64,000 nt of DNA from Desulfosoma sp. (GCA_037481835.1 JBBFKW010000002.1:1-64000); one strand, 5' to 3'. Shown: positions 38,212-48,267, numbered from the stretch's first letter. Notes: generated from the letters alone by a model not told the origin. Made by a program: numbers and translations.

Positions 38212-38439
38212 ATGATCGTCACGGACTACCACGTGCAGAGCGTTCTTCGAACCTACACCCGCCAATTGCAGCGCTCCCGGCTGGCGTCGGTTTTGAGCGG
38301 CGGTGAGAAGGGAGGTTCGCCTGCAGAGGAGAAGGTGAGCATTTCGGAAGAAGCTCGGCGTCGCCTCATCCGTGACCGCGTAACCAGCCAGGTGTTGGAA
38401 AAACAGATGCTTGAGCAGCCCGTGGAAAGCGTCCGGTAA
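38212..38439 (+). CDS. DVU0524-family FlgM-associated protein
   Basis: VLRTY.RQL and VSISEEARR motifs; directly upstream of flgM; AAGGAG RBS. Confidence 0.75.
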   Translation: MIVTDYHVQSVLRTYTRQLQRSRLASVLSGGEKGGSPAEEKVSISEEARRRLIRDRVTSQVLEKQMLEQPVESVR

Positions 38440-38501
38440 CGGAAAGAGTCCCGCGGATCCATGGTGGGATCGCCCATCCGGCGCGACAAAGGATGAAGGA
38501 C

Positions 38502-38798
38502 ATGGATATCAAAAAAGTTGGAAGTTACATGGCCACCACTGCGCATGTCCAGGAAAACCGCCCCGTGCGACCCGAAGAACAGCCCGCTCAGGTTTCCAAA
38601 AACCTGGAGGCCGACGGGGTGGAAGACCGCGTGCAGTTTTCCCGGGAAGCCGTCGAGCTCGCCCGAACCCGGGTCATGATGGACCGCGAAGACATCCGAA
38701 CCGAAAAGGTGGAAGCCTTGCGTCAAAAGATCCATGACGGAACCTACAAGGTGGATCCGCAGAAAATCGCCGCCCGCATGCTGGATGAAATTATTTGA
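38502..38798 (+). CDS. flgM: Anti-sigma28 factor
   Basis: DRVQFS and R.EKVEALRQKI.DGTYKVD..KIA..M. Confidence 0.93.
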   Translation: MDIKKVGSYMATTAHVQENRPVRPEEQPAQVSKNLEADGVEDRVQFSREAVELARTRVMMDREDIRTEKVEALRQKIHDGTYKVDPQKIAARMLDEII

Positions 38799-38880
38799 CG
38801 CTCCGTGCTGAGTCATTCTATTGACAGAGAACGGCCCCCGTAGTTCGTCATCCTTTTGACGACAGGGGGCCGGCCGTTTC

Positions 38881-38917
38881 AAACCCTCGGGTCGCCTTTA
38901 GCGGCTCGGGGGTTTTT
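38881..38917. terminator. Intrinsic terminator between convergent flgM and flgL
   Basis: AAACCCTCGGGTCGC-CTTTA-GCGGCTCGGGGGTTTTT stem-loop ending in a T run. Confidence 0.75.
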
Positions 38918-39006
38918 ACTCGGGAACGCCCACCCTCTGGGCCTTCATTCCCCCGAGGGGCTTTTGTCCCATTGACCTTTACACAAGATGCGGACGATGG
39001 GGAGCC

Positions 39007-39876
39007 TTAGAGGTATCGGACGAGGCTCAAATCTTTGAGCACCAAGGTGGATTTGAGGGCGGCTTCCAGGGCGATCTGGTGGCTTTGGAGCCTGCTCACG
39101 GCATCGAGAAGATCCGTGTCTCGAAGGTCGGAAAGGGTTTGCTGGCGGTCTGTCGTGAGCGCATCGAGGGCGTCGCGGCGCCTTTCGAGGCCGCTCATGC
39201 GGGTTCCCACGGTGGCCGATAGGGCCCGAAGATTTTCCAGGGCGTCTTCCAGATCCACGAGGGCCGTGTCGATGCCTTGAGTGTCGTCGCTTTGGATGGA
39301 TGTCTTCAGGCTTTCCAAGGCATTCATCACGTCAGGGATGGTTTGCGAAAGGTCGCAGGGGAGGGTCATCCCGTCGGTGCCGTTTCCGAGGGGCAGCTTC
39401 AGCGGGTCGTCTTCAGGGCGTGATGAGGTCCACTCCCATGTCTCTGCTGCCTCGTTCCAGGTCGGCGTGCCGCCGAAGACGCTTTGGCCGTTGTATTCTT
39501 CGGAAACGGTCAAGGCGAGTTCTTCGAGGATCTGTCCCAGTTCTTCCACATAAGCGGTTTTTTCTTCTGCCGAATTGGGGGTGTTGGCCGCCATGCCGAT
39601 TTCTTTGGCCCTCACCAAAAGGTCATGGGCGTGGTTCAACCCGCTGTCGGCTACGGCCAGCATGCCCATGGCGAAATCCATATTGTTCCTGTACCGTTCC
39701 ATGCGTTGGAGCACCTGCTGGACATCCAGGGATCGGGCCCAGGCGGACGGATCATCGTGGGGGTTATGGAGCCGCACCCCGCTGGAGATGTCTCGGCTCA
39801 GACGGCTGATGTTCTCCTGTTTTCTCAGGATGTCTCGGTTCGTTGTCCCGTACATCAGGGGAAGGGTCACTCGCAT
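39007..39876 (-). CDS. flgL: Hook-associated protein 3
   Basis: SSG.RL..P.DDP N-terminus; flagellin-like C-terminus ending LSLVRYL. Confidence 0.9.
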   Translation of the reverse strand: MRVTLPLMYGTTNRDILRKQENISRLSRDISSGVRLHNPHDDPSAWARSLDVQQVLQRMERYRNNMDFAMGMLAVADSGLNHAHDLLVRAKEIGMAANTPNSAEEKTAYVEELGQILEELALTVSEEYNGQSVFGGTPTWNEAAETWEWTSSRPEDDPLKLPLGNGTDGMTLPCDLSQTIPDVMNALESLKTSIQSDDTQGIDTALVDLEDALENLRALSATVGTRMSGLERRRDALDALTTDRQQTLSDLRDTDLLDAVSRLQSHQIALEAALKSTLVLKDLSLVRYL

Positions 39877-39891
39877 GGGCCGTCCTTCTCA

Positions 39892-41247
39892 TCACACCAT
39901 GTTGATGGCGGTTTGAATCATTTCGGCGGTCTGCTGGACCAGTTTCGCCGCCGCCTGATAGAGCTGCTGGTGCTTGATGAGTTCAACCATTTCTTCATCG
40001 AGGGAAACCCCTGAGACGCTTTGCCGCTGCGCGTCCAGTTGCTGAGCCAGGGAATCCTTCAAAAGGGATTGGGTCGAAGCCGATTGCACCGACAGCCCCA
40101 CATCCTGGCTGAGCTGGGTGAGGTATTGGCCTGGGGTGAGATTCCCCAGGGACTCCATGGGCGCGCTTTCCAGGGAGAGGGCGCCGCGGGCCAGGGCGTT
40201 GGTCGGTGAACTCAAGGGATCGTCCGACAGGCGGATCTCGGCCGCCGTCGTGAAATCAGGATCGAAAAAGGCCCCGGGGATTTGGAGGTCTTCATAGAGA
40301 CCCTGGAAGCTTGTCACCAGCGCAGAGGCGAAGGTGTCCAAAGCATCGCGCCAGGTCTGGACCGTGCCCAAGGCCGTGAGGAGCGCTCCCGTAGATCCGT
40401 GCAGGCCGTCCTGGACCTTTTCCTCGGCTGCGGCGTCAAACTGCGCGACGATCTTATCGGAGTCAGAGATCCGGATGTCCAGCGCGTCGGCATCTCCCCT
40501 GATTTTCAGTTCGGCGGCGTAATCCGTGAAAAGGACAAGGGGGGTTCCATCTTCAAGAAAGACATTCAGGGTGCCGCCGGTGCCCTCCTGAGTCGTAAAC
40601 CGCACGTATTGGGAAAGTTCCTGCAGGGCTTGGAAGCGTTGATCCCGCAGGTCGTTGGCCATGAAGGTCGGGGTTTCCGAGCGTTGAATCTGTTGGTTGA
40701 GATCCCGGATTTTTTGAAGCAAGCCGTTGATCGCGGACACATTGTCTCTGAGCTCCGCCACGATGCCTTCCCGGTGTTGGGTGAGTTCTGCGGCCGTTTG
40801 ATTCAGGCCGGTGCAAAGGTTTCGGCCGCATTCCAGGACCACGGCCCTTTCCGCCGCTCCTTCCGGGTTTTGGGCCAAGGCGTTCCATGCGTTCCAAAAA
40901 TCCTTCAACGCCGCATACAAACCGGTGTCGCCGTCGTCGGATAAAGACGTTTCCGCGGCCGTCAGGATGCGTTCCAAGGTCCCGTAGTAAGCGCTTTGGG
41001 AGGACGCGTCCAAGTAACGCCCTTCCAGGAAGGTATCCCGTTGCTGGACGATCCGATCCAGGCGCGCTCCGGCCCCGATCCATCCGGCGCGGCCGAGGAT
41101 GGCCCCCTGGGTGACGGTCGGCGCTTTCTGGCGGGAGTAGTTGGGATTTTCCGCGTTGGCCACGTTATGGGACGTGGTTTGGATCTGCACCTGAGCGTTC
41201 AACAGGGCGTTTTTGCCGATCTCCAAGGCGGCGTTCAACCCAGCCAT
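39892..41247 (-). CDS. flgK: Hook-associated protein 1
   Basis: TSHNVANA....YSRQ, NDLRDQR, SGVSLDEE. Confidence 0.93.
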   Translation of the reverse strand: MAGLNAALEIGKNALLNAQVQIQTTSHNVANAENPNYSRQKAPTVTQGAILGRAGWIGAGARLDRIVQQRDTFLEGRYLDASSQSAYYGTLERILTAAETSLSDDGDTGLYAALKDFWNAWNALAQNPEGAAERAVVLECGRNLCTGLNQTAAELTQHREGIVAELRDNVSAINGLLQKIRDLNQQIQRSETPTFMANDLRDQRFQALQELSQYVRFTTQEGTGGTLNVFLEDGTPLVLFTDYAAELKIRGDADALDIRISDSDKIVAQFDAAAEEKVQDGLHGSTGALLTALGTVQTWRDALDTFASALVTSFQGLYEDLQIPGAFFDPDFTTAAEIRLSDDPLSSPTNALARGALSLESAPMESLGNLTPGQYLTQLSQDVGLSVQSASTQSLLKDSLAQQLDAQRQSVSGVSLDEEMVELIKHQQLYQAAAKLVQQTAEMIQTAINMV

Positions 41248-41249
41248 GA

Positions 41250-41672
41250 TCAGGCCTCCGTGCTGAGGCTGCAGCCCTTGAGGGCCGGCAAGGTCTCTCG
41301 GGCCGCATGGCCGTACGTCTGAGGGACCATCATGGAAAGGAGTTCCCGGTAAACGAGCAAAAGGTCGGCGATGTATCGGCCGTTGGCGTCGTTTTGGGCT
41401 TCGATGCGCCGAAGGGTTTCCTTGAGATCGAGCCATGCGGCCCGGTCCCGGGCCGGACCCTTCGACGGGTCTCCGGCATGATGGAGGCTCCGGAGGCTTT
41501 CCGAAAGCCTCCGAGCGAGCGCCTCCTTTTCGGGAAGAATCTCCAGCAGGGCGGCGTGCTCGCCTTCAGCTAGGAGGCGGGTTTCTTGCTGAAGGAGTTC
41601 GAGAAGGTGCTCCGCCGTAATCCGCACCGCATCGGGGTCAAGGTCTGTAACGCGTTGTCCGTTGTGTGTCAT
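41250..41672 (-). CDS. flgN: Flagellar export chaperone FlgN-like
   Basis: Helical protein with QN..NG..I and TY motifs, directly upstream of flgK. Confidence 0.75.
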   Translation of the reverse strand: MTHNGQRVTDLDPDAVRITAEHLLELLQQETRLLAEGEHAALLEILPEKEALARRLSESLRSLHHAGDPSKGPARDRAAWLDLKETLRRIEAQNDANGRYIADLLLVYRELLSMMVPQTYGHAARETLPALKGCSLSTEA

Positions 41673-41729
41673 GGGGATGCTCCGAAAAGAGGATTGGGCG
41701 AGACGCCCTTGCTATTCCCACACTCATAT

Positions 41730-41757
41730 AAGTCGTCACAATGCCTGAAAAACTTCA
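41730..41757 (-). promoter_or_regulatory. Sigma28 promoter for flgN-flgK-flgL
   Basis: Minus strand TGAA-N16-GACGACTT. Confidence 0.6.
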
Positions 41758-41774
41758 GTCAAATCCTCAGCCCT

Positions 41775-42080
41775 TTACCGGGGTTCTTCCTTTTTGACCA
41801 TAAGGGGTTCCAAGGACCGATAGAGCCATCGGCCTAAGCCCAGGGATTCCTGCCGGCTCCACACATCGGCCAGGCCTTCGTCCAGCATGGATTCATAAAG
41901 CCCCATGGCATGGTCCGGCTCTTCGTCTCGCAGCACCGAAGCCCGCATGGATGTCACCAGTTGGGCCGCGAGCAGGCTTTCAAAGTCCATGCACGCCTGT
42001 TTGAGCCGGTTTTTTTCCTTGTCCGTGCCCTTGGACGGAGCCGAGGTTTCCGTGACATGAATGGAGCTAATCGACGACAT
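41775..42080 (-). CDS. flgJ: Rod-binding protein (FlgJ N-terminal domain only)
   Basis: LKQAC.DFESLL...MR..V, YESMLD..LA, SLGLG..LY; no muramidase domain. Confidence 0.85.
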   Translation of the reverse strand: MSSISSIHVTETSAPSKGTDKEKNRLKQACMDFESLLAAQLVTSMRASVLRDEEPDHAMGLYESMLDEGLADVWSRQESLGLGRWLYRSLEPLMVKKEEPR

Positions 42081-42089
42081 CGCGGTCCT

Positions 42090-42830
42090 CTATTTGATTT
42101 TTTCGAAAATGATTTCCACCCGCCGGTTCAGTCGGCGCCCTTCAGGCGTGTCGTTTGAGGCCAGGGGCTGGGTGTCTCCGTAACCGCCCAAGGCGACCTT
42201 TTCCGGCGGCACCTTTCCTTGGGTCACCAGATATTCCAAAACGGCGTGCGCGCGGGCCAAGGCCAGGTCCTCGTTGGAGGCGAAGGCGGCGCCCTTGACG
42301 GGAACGTCATCGGTATGCCCGTCCACATACGCCTTGTAGGAGGCTTCATTGAGAAAGCGCGCGAATTTTTCCAGGATTCCATAGGCCCCGGGCTTCAGGG
42401 TGGCGCTGCCGCTTTCAAAGAGCAGCTGATCCCCGAAGATGAAGGAGAAATCCCCTGGACTCCACCTTTTTTTGACCAAGAGGGCGTTGCCCGAAGAGAC
42501 GATGAGTTTAAAGTCCTTTTTCCAGGGGGTCTTGGACACTTCGTCCAACTTCCGCACATCGGCGATATAGACGCTCTTGAGGCTCTTGATGATATCCTGG
42601 ATAACGATATCGGGATTGTGGCGGATCTTCTGACGTTCTTTAAAGAAAAGAATCCCGCTGGTCTTGTCGAAGTTTTGAAAGGTGCTGCGGATGGCCTTTT
42701 CGTTCAAGGACGACATGCTGAGGAGCAGCACGAAAAAGGTGAGGAGCAGCGTGGACAGGTCCGAGAAGGTGACCATCCACGTCGCACCACCGCCGCCCTC
42801 ATCGCCTCCCTTGTTCTTTTTTCGGGCCAT
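42090..42830 (-). CDS. motB: Stator B subunit (MotB/PomB), copy 2
   Basis: WMVTFSDLSTLLLTFFVLL TM; OmpA-like GHTD...RA...NRRVEI. Confidence 0.92.
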   Translation of the reverse strand: MARKKNKGGDEGGGGATWMVTFSDLSTLLLTFFVLLLSMSSLNEKAIRSTFQNFDKTSGILFFKERQKIRHNPDIVIQDIIKSLKSVYIADVRKLDEVSKTPWKKDFKLIVSSGNALLVKKRWSPGDFSFIFGDQLLFESGSATLKPGAYGILEKFARFLNEASYKAYVDGHTDDVPVKGAAFASNEDLALARAHAVLEYLVTQGKVPPEKVALGGYGDTQPLASNDTPEGRRLNRRVEIIFEKIK

Positions 42831-42842
42831 AGCTCGTCTCCT

Positions 42843-43721
42843 CTACCCACGGCTTGCCCCGGGGCTCGTCGGGGGTGGACCTTCCGCACCGTGAGCCTCC
42901 CGGCCCTTTTCGGGCATGGGGAACAAGCGGAAGAAGAAGTTCTTGTAATTGAAAAAGGGACTGGCTTGGGGTTCATCACGGAGCAGGGTTGCGGGCAGGT
43001 TCCGGCTGTAGGTGAGGACGATTTCCACCCGTTGGTTTTTCTCCCGGAGGTGGGGGTATTGGATCCCGTCGACCAGAGGTTTGTAAAAACTGAAACCGTG
43101 AACACTCACGCGTTTCGGGTCCAGCCCCTGGGAAAGAAGGTATCGATAAACGGCCATGGCCCTTCTGGCTGAGATGGTCCAGGAGAGCTTTTCCCACCCC
43201 GGGGTTTCGATTTTTTCGAAGCGATCGGTGTGCCCGCCGATTTCGATCTCCCGGGAATCCCGTTCCAGGTAGGGCAGGAGCTGGGAAAGGTAGCGGCGGG
43301 CTGCGGGCTTGAGTTCAAACGAGCCGGCCTCGAACAGAATTTTCTGGTTGAGGACGAGAGTCAGGGATTCGTCTTTTCTAATGATGTCCACGTCCTTATC
43401 CAATTCGTTTTTCATGGTCACTTCGCGGAGCATATCGAAATTGAGGTTGTTTTTTTCCATGGGGGCTTCGAATTCGCTGATGTCCGTCCCTTTGGGCGTG
43501 CCGATGGCCGAGCGTCCTCCCGGCAAAAACCCGAAGGCGCCCACGAGGGAGTTGAGTGCCTGCCTCTGGCGGGTATTGTCTATGACAGACATGCTGAGCA
43601 AAAGGACGAAAAAGGTGAGCAGGAGCGTGCACAGGTCGCAATAGGTCGTAAGCCAGCCTTCCGCCGGAGGGCCTTCGTCGCCGCCGGATTTGTTTTTTCT
43701 AGATGATTTCGAGTTCGGCAT
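42843..43721 (-). CDS. motB: Stator B subunit (MotB/PomB), copy 1
   Basis: WLTTYCDLCTLLLTFFVLL TM; GHTD...S.RRA...NQRVEI. Confidence 0.9.
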   Translation of the reverse strand: MPNSKSSRKNKSGGDEGPPAEGWLTTYCDLCTLLLTFFVLLLSMSVIDNTRQRQALNSLVGAFGFLPGGRSAIGTPKGTDISEFEAPMEKNNLNFDMLREVTMKNELDKDVDIIRKDESLTLVLNQKILFEAGSFELKPAARRYLSQLLPYLERDSREIEIGGHTDRFEKIETPGWEKLSWTISARRAMAVYRYLLSQGLDPKRVSVHGFSFYKPLVDGIQYPHLREKNQRVEIVLTYSRNLPATLLRDEPQASPFFNYKNFFFRLFPMPEKGREAHGAEGPPPTSPGASRG

Positions 43722-44805
43722 GAAGAGCTCCTGCGGCCTTGATGGCTTGGAGGATCGTGATGATGTCTCGGGGCGTGGCGCCGATGGCGTTCAGCCCCTT
43801 AATGACTTCCCCGATGGTGGCCCCTCCGCCCACGACGTTGATGGTTCCCTTACCTTCCTGGACCTGCACTGTGGACTGCGGGGTGACCACGGTTCTCCCC
43901 TGGCTGAAGGGCAAAGGCTGGGAAACGGCGGGCTGTTCGCTGATCTGTACCGTGAGGTTGCCATGGGCGACGGCCACGGGAGAGATCCGCACGTTCTCTC
44001 CAAGGACGATGGTTCCTGTGCGTTCGTTGATAACGACTTTGGCGGGGACGTCTGGGCTGATGTCCAGGGCTTCCACCTGAGACATGAGCCCCACGATGTC
44101 CGACCGATAGGACGGCGGCACATCCACCTGGATGGTGGTCCCGTCCACAGCCTTGGCGTAGTGGCCGCCCAAAGCCAGGTTGATCTTTCGGGCGGCCTGA
44201 TCGGCGGTGCTGAAGTCCGGGGTGTTTAGAACCAGGTCCAGGCGATCCAGCCCGTCGAGCTGCACGGGAAATTCCTGTTCCACCACGGCCCCTTGGGAAA
44301 TGAAGCCCACCGTGGGATGGTTCTTCTGGACCGAACTGCCGCTGGCCCCGGAAGCGGAAAAGCCGCCTGTGGAAACGGGACCTTGGGCGACGGCGTAGAC
44401 CTGCCCGTCGGGACCCTGCAGGGTGGTCATGAGAAGCGTGCCGCCTTCCAGACTCTTGGCGTCCCCGATGGAAGACACCTGCACATCGAGCTTGCTTCCG
44501 ATACGGGCGAAAGGCGGGAGCTTGGCTGTGACCATGACGGCGGCCACGTTTTTCACCTTGACACTGTCCGGATCCACGTGGACGCCCATGCGGTCCAGGA
44601 AATTGGCCAAAGTGCTCGTGGTGAACTGCGTCTTGTTGTTGTCCCCGGTGCCGTTGAGGCCGATGACCAGCCCGTAGCCGAAGAGGGCGTTGGGACGCAC
44701 GCCCATGAAGCGGGCCACATCCTTGATGCGGGTGCCTTGGGCCATTGGGGCGCTCCAGAGGAGCAGGCACGCGAAGACGAGCGCGGTCCACAAGCGGCGT
44801 TCCAT
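43699..44805 (-). CDS. flgI: P-ring protein
   Basis: RIKD, GYGLVIGLNGTGD, KNVAAVMVT, GALHAELEII. Confidence 0.97.
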   Translation of the reverse strand: MERRLWTALVFACLLLWSAPMAQGTRIKDVARFMGVRPNALFGYGLVIGLNGTGDNNKTQFTTSTLANFLDRMGVHVDPDSVKVKNVAAVMVTAKLPPFARIGSKLDVQVSSIGDAKSLEGGTLLMTTLQGPDGQVYAVAQGPVSTGGFSASGASGSSVQKNHPTVGFISQGAVVEQEFPVQLDGLDRLDLVLNTPDFSTADQAARKINLALGGHYAKAVDGTTIQVDVPPSYRSDIVGLMSQVEALDISPDVPAKVVINERTGTIVLGENVRISPVAVAHGNLTVQISEQPAVSQPLPFSQGRTVVTPQSTVQVQEGKGTINVVGGGATIGEVIKGLNAIGATPRDIITILQAIKAAGALHAELEII

Positions 44806-44824
44806 GGAAGACGGCCCCTCCTAT

Positions 44825-45574
44825 CTAAAAAGGTACGATCATATCCAGGATTTGTCCCAAAATGCCCGGTTTCTGCTGTCGGCTGATGGGACCTTTGCCC
44901 ACGAAGAAGATTTTGGCCTCGGCGATGTTCTGGGACAACACGGTGTTGTCCCTGGTGATGTCCATGGGACGCACCACCCCTTCCAGGACGATCTGCTGGA
45001 GTTCATCGTTGACTTTCGTCCATCGGGATCCGCGGATAACCAGATTGCCGTTGGGCAGGATGTCGGTGACCGTGGCCGTCATATAGGCCGTCATGGAATC
45101 CGCTTTCTTGGTGCTCCCCTTGCCGGTGAACGTGTTGTCGAAGCTCAAGCCGTATCCGGTCTTGTTCACCGGTTGGAGAATCGTCTGGGACGGGGTGCTC
45201 AGTCCCATAAAACTCCCTTCGCCGTTGTACTCCCGCACCCGGCTCGTGGACGTGGCGGCTTCCTTGGACGCTTTGGATTGTTCGCTCACCATGATGGTGA
45301 CGATATCCCCCACGCGATGGGCCTTGATGTCCTGAAAAAGGGATTCCCGGCCGGCGTTCCACATGGAGCCCGTGGGGGCCGGCTTGGGCTGTGCCGTTGT
45401 CCGGGAAGGGCTGAATTCTTCCTGAAGCGGCGGAGGCGGCGGTAAGGGGCTGTGGGCCGTAGGAGTGCGCACGTTTTGGCTATCGGCGGCACATCCCCAC
45501 ACTGCGACCCAGAGCACCGCCCAAAGCCCAAGAATTCTGGTTCGTGCCCGATGCGATTTTCCGTTTCGTTCCAT
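44825..45574 (-). CDS. flgH: L-ring lipoprotein
   Basis: Lipobox WG|C, VGDIVTI, LPNGNLVI.G, ends PF. Confidence 0.95.
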   Translation of the reverse strand: MERNGKSHRARTRILGLWAVLWVAVWGCAADSQNVRTPTAHSPLPPPPPLQEEFSPSRTTAQPKPAPTGSMWNAGRESLFQDIKAHRVGDIVTIMVSEQSKASKEAATSTSRVREYNGEGSFMGLSTPSQTILQPVNKTGYGLSFDNTFTGKGSTKKADSMTAYMTATVTDILPNGNLVIRGSRWTKVNDELQQIVLEGVVRPMDITRDNTVLSQNIAEAKIFFVGKGPISRQQKPGILGQILDMIVPF

Positions 45575-45613
45575 GGTCGTCCTCTTGAGGCCCGTTTGTC
45601 TCGGGCGTCGATC

Positions 45614-46633
45614 TTAGGGGGATAACGCCACGGTGGTTTCGTCCACTACCCTGGCTTTGAGCGTCTTTTGGGAGGCCGCGTTCACCACCCGGATCCAATC
45701 CCCTTCGGCTCCGCTTTCTTTGGATTCCCCCTTGGCGGTGAGTTTCAGAGATCCTTCCTGATAGAGGATGGTCACCGGTTTTCCGGACGTGATGCATAGG
45801 GGTTTGTCCACAAAGGCCGTTTCGATGGGCTGTCGGGCGTTCACGGGGCGCACGAGCCTCTTGCCCGCGAGCTCTTCCATGCGCGTGGCGTAGGTCCTGG
45901 AGGCATCGGTAAGGAGGATTTCTCGGAATTCCATGTGCTCCGGCCCAAGGATCGTGTCTCGTCGAAGGTTTTGTGTGGCGTGGATCACCCTCTTTCGAAC
46001 GGTCACCTTGCCGGCGACCCGAAGACTCCGCACTTTCCGGCCTTCGACGAAAAAGTGAATTGTCAGGGGCACGACCCCCAAAAAGGACGTGTCCTGTGGC
46101 GCTTCGATCTCGTGGGTCACCTCGCCTTCGGGGACGGCGGCAAGCCCGGAAATCACAATGTCCCGAATCTCCATTTCCGCGGGATCCCACGGTGCGTGGT
46201 CCCGAATGTAGGCGCGGTAAAGATCCTCAACCCTTTGGGGGTCCAAAGCCGCCGCTTTCCTGCGCAGCGTGATGCGTTCGGGAATGGACAGGAACACCTG
46301 CTCGGGATCCGTGCCCAGAGACGCCAGCACTTTCTTGAGGTATGGACCCAGATTGTCCGTTCGCACCGTCTTTTCGGAGCCCACCGGCGGGGTTTGCCCC
46401 AGGGGAATGGATCGGAATGCGCCGGCCCATCGGGGCGGCAACCCTTCGGCATTGTCGATGAGATCATAAAGGGTCAGCGTCTCCTGGGACGTTTCCACGA
46501 CGGAGCGGACCTGGAGGGACGAAGGACTTGCGTCCGTCAAAAGGGTGGAAGCATCGCCGTCGGGAGGCGACGCCTGGCTTAATGCGGCACACAAGAGCCC
46601 GAGAACCGAAAGGCTTAGGATGAGAGGTCTCAT
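45614..46633 (-). CDS. flgA: P-ring assembly chaperone
   Basis: Signal peptide, SAF domain, G..GD.IRVVN..S; between flgG and flgH. Confidence 0.9.
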   Translation of the reverse strand: MRPLILSLSVLGLLCAALSQASPPDGDASTLLTDASPSSLQVRSVVETSQETLTLYDLIDNAEGLPPRWAGAFRSIPLGQTPPVGSEKTVRTDNLGPYLKKVLASLGTDPEQVFLSIPERITLRRKAAALDPQRVEDLYRAYIRDHAPWDPAEMEIRDIVISGLAAVPEGEVTHEIEAPQDTSFLGVVPLTIHFFVEGRKVRSLRVAGKVTVRKRVIHATQNLRRDTILGPEHMEFREILLTDASRTYATRMEELAGKRLVRPVNARQPIETAFVDKPLCITSGKPVTILYQEGSLKLTAKGESKESGAEGDWIRVVNAASQKTLKARVVDETTVALSP

Positions 46634-46722
46634 CTTTGGTCGATTCCCTTTACCAATGCGAAAGAGCCGTTTTTTCGGACAGCATTCGGAGCACCCTTCC
46701 CCGCGATTCGGATCACGGACGA

Positions 46723-47505
46723 TTACGAGGCCACGCTGTTGGCGATCCGAAGCATTTCGTCGGCCGTTCGGATCACTTTGGAATTGGCTTCATAAGCCCG
46801 CTGCCCTGCGATCATATTGACCATTTCCTCGACCACGTTGATGTTGGCGCTTTCCAGGAACCCTTGGAGGAGTGTGCCGAATCCTTCCGTTCCCGGCTGC
46901 CCTTCCACGGCGTCCCCGGAGGCTTCCGAGGGGGCGAAGTAGTTCTTGCCCAGGCTGAGCAACCCGGCGGGATTGGCGAAATCGTAGAGTGTCAGATTGA
47001 CCGAGGCGAGCAGCGTCCCGTTTTGATCGAAGGCGCTCAGTGTGCCCCGAGGATCCACGTTGATGGTCACGGCCTCCCTGGGGATACTCACTTCGGGCTG
47101 AAGGCGGTTGCCTTCGGAGTCCACCAGGTAGCCTTCCGAATCCAGCTTGAAGGTTCCGGCGCGCGTGTAGACTTCATCGGCGCCTCGTAGAACTTTGAAG
47201 AACCCCTTGCCTTCGATGGCCAGGTCCAGTTGGTTTCCCGTTTCGGTGAAGTTGCCCTGCGTGAAAATCTTTTGGACGGACGCCGTCTTCACTCCCATGC
47301 CGATCTGGATGCCCGTAGGGATCGTCGCCGAAGCCCCCGTTTCGGCGCCGGGCGGGATGATGTTCTGGTACATGAGGTCTTCGAAATTGGCCCGGCTCTT
47401 CTTAAAACCCGTGGTGTTGGCGTTTGCCAAGTTATGGGCCACCACGTCCATATTGAGCTGCTGGGCATCCATCCCCGTTGCCGCCGTCCAGAGACTCCTC
47501 ATCAT
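46723..47505 (-). CDS. flgG: Distal rod protein
   Basis: NLANANTTGFK, YTRAG.F, NVVEEMVNMI..QRAYE.NSK. Confidence 0.96.
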   Translation of the reverse strand: MMRSLWTAATGMDAQQLNMDVVAHNLANANTTGFKKSRANFEDLMYQNIIPPGAETGASATIPTGIQIGMGVKTASVQKIFTQGNFTETGNQLDLAIEGKGFFKVLRGADEVYTRAGTFKLDSEGYLVDSEGNRLQPEVSIPREAVTINVDPRGTLSAFDQNGTLLASVNLTLYDFANPAGLLSLGKNYFAPSEASGDAVEGQPGTEGFGTLLQGFLESANINVVEEMVNMIAGQRAYEANSKVIRTADEMLRIANSVAS

Positions 47506-47521
47506 GGCTCGCTATTCCTCC

Positions 47522-48199
47522 CTAGGATTTTCCAAGTTGGTTGATGACCTGTTTGTCTTCTTCATAAGACATTTTCATGACCTTCTGGCACGCTTCGAAA
47601 ATGCGCAGGGTCTCGATCATGGAAGTCATTTCCTGGACCGCGGAAAAATTTGCCCCTTCCAGGGCTCCCTGCTCCACCGTGAAATTCCGGGCCGGCACAG
47701 CAAAGGTGTTGGGATCTGCGGGCATGAGCAGATTTCTTTCGTCGTGCACGAGCCGAACCCCCGGCGGAAAGGCCACCACATCCAGAGTGTCCACGAGGTT
47801 CTCGCCGTCGTAGACCTGGCCTTCGGAGCCGATGCGCAGTTGCGATCCCTCCACCTGGATGATCCCGCCTTGCCCCAAAATCGGCCACCCTTGCGGCGTG
47901 ACCAGGCGGCCCTGGGCGTCCACCGTCAAATTCCCGGCGCGCGTGTAGCGTTCCCCTCGATCGGTTTGGATGCGAAAATAGCCCTCACCGTTGATGGCCA
48001 CATCCATGGGGTTTTCCGTGCGGTGCACCGGGCCTTGGGTGGATTGGGTATAGGTCTGGAGTTCCATGAAATTTTCGAAACGCGTCCCCACCTTTCGGTA
48101 GCCCGGCGTGGCGGCGTTCGCCAAATTATTGGCGATGACGTCCAGGCGCTTTTCCTGTTGGATGGCTCCCACTACCGACGTAAAGGGGCTAAGTTTCAT
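47522..48199 (-). CDS. flgF: Proximal rod protein
   Basis: ANNLANA.TPGY, YTRAG, QGALE; upstream of flgG. Confidence 0.92.
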   Translation of the reverse strand: MKLSPFTSVVGAIQQEKRLDVIANNLANAATPGYRKVGTRFENFMELQTYTQSTQGPVHRTENPMDVAINGEGYFRIQTDRGERYTRAGNLTVDAQGRLVTPQGWPILGQGGIIQVEGSQLRIGSEGQVYDGENLVDTLDVVAFPPGVRLVHDERNLLMPADPNTFAVPARNFTVEQGALEGANFSAVQEMTSMIETLRIFEACQKVMKMSYEEDKQVINQLGKS

Positions 48200-48226
48200 C
48201 GCGGTTCTCCTTTCGCCGTGCAAAGA

Positions 48227-48243
48227 AGCAACCCCAGTGCCAA
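48227..48243 (-). promoter_or_regulatory. Sigma54 promoter of the flgF operon
   Basis: Minus strand TTGGCAC-TGGGG-TTGCT. Confidence 0.85.
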
Positions 48244-48267
48244 ATCCACGGCCTTCGGCAGCCGTTG

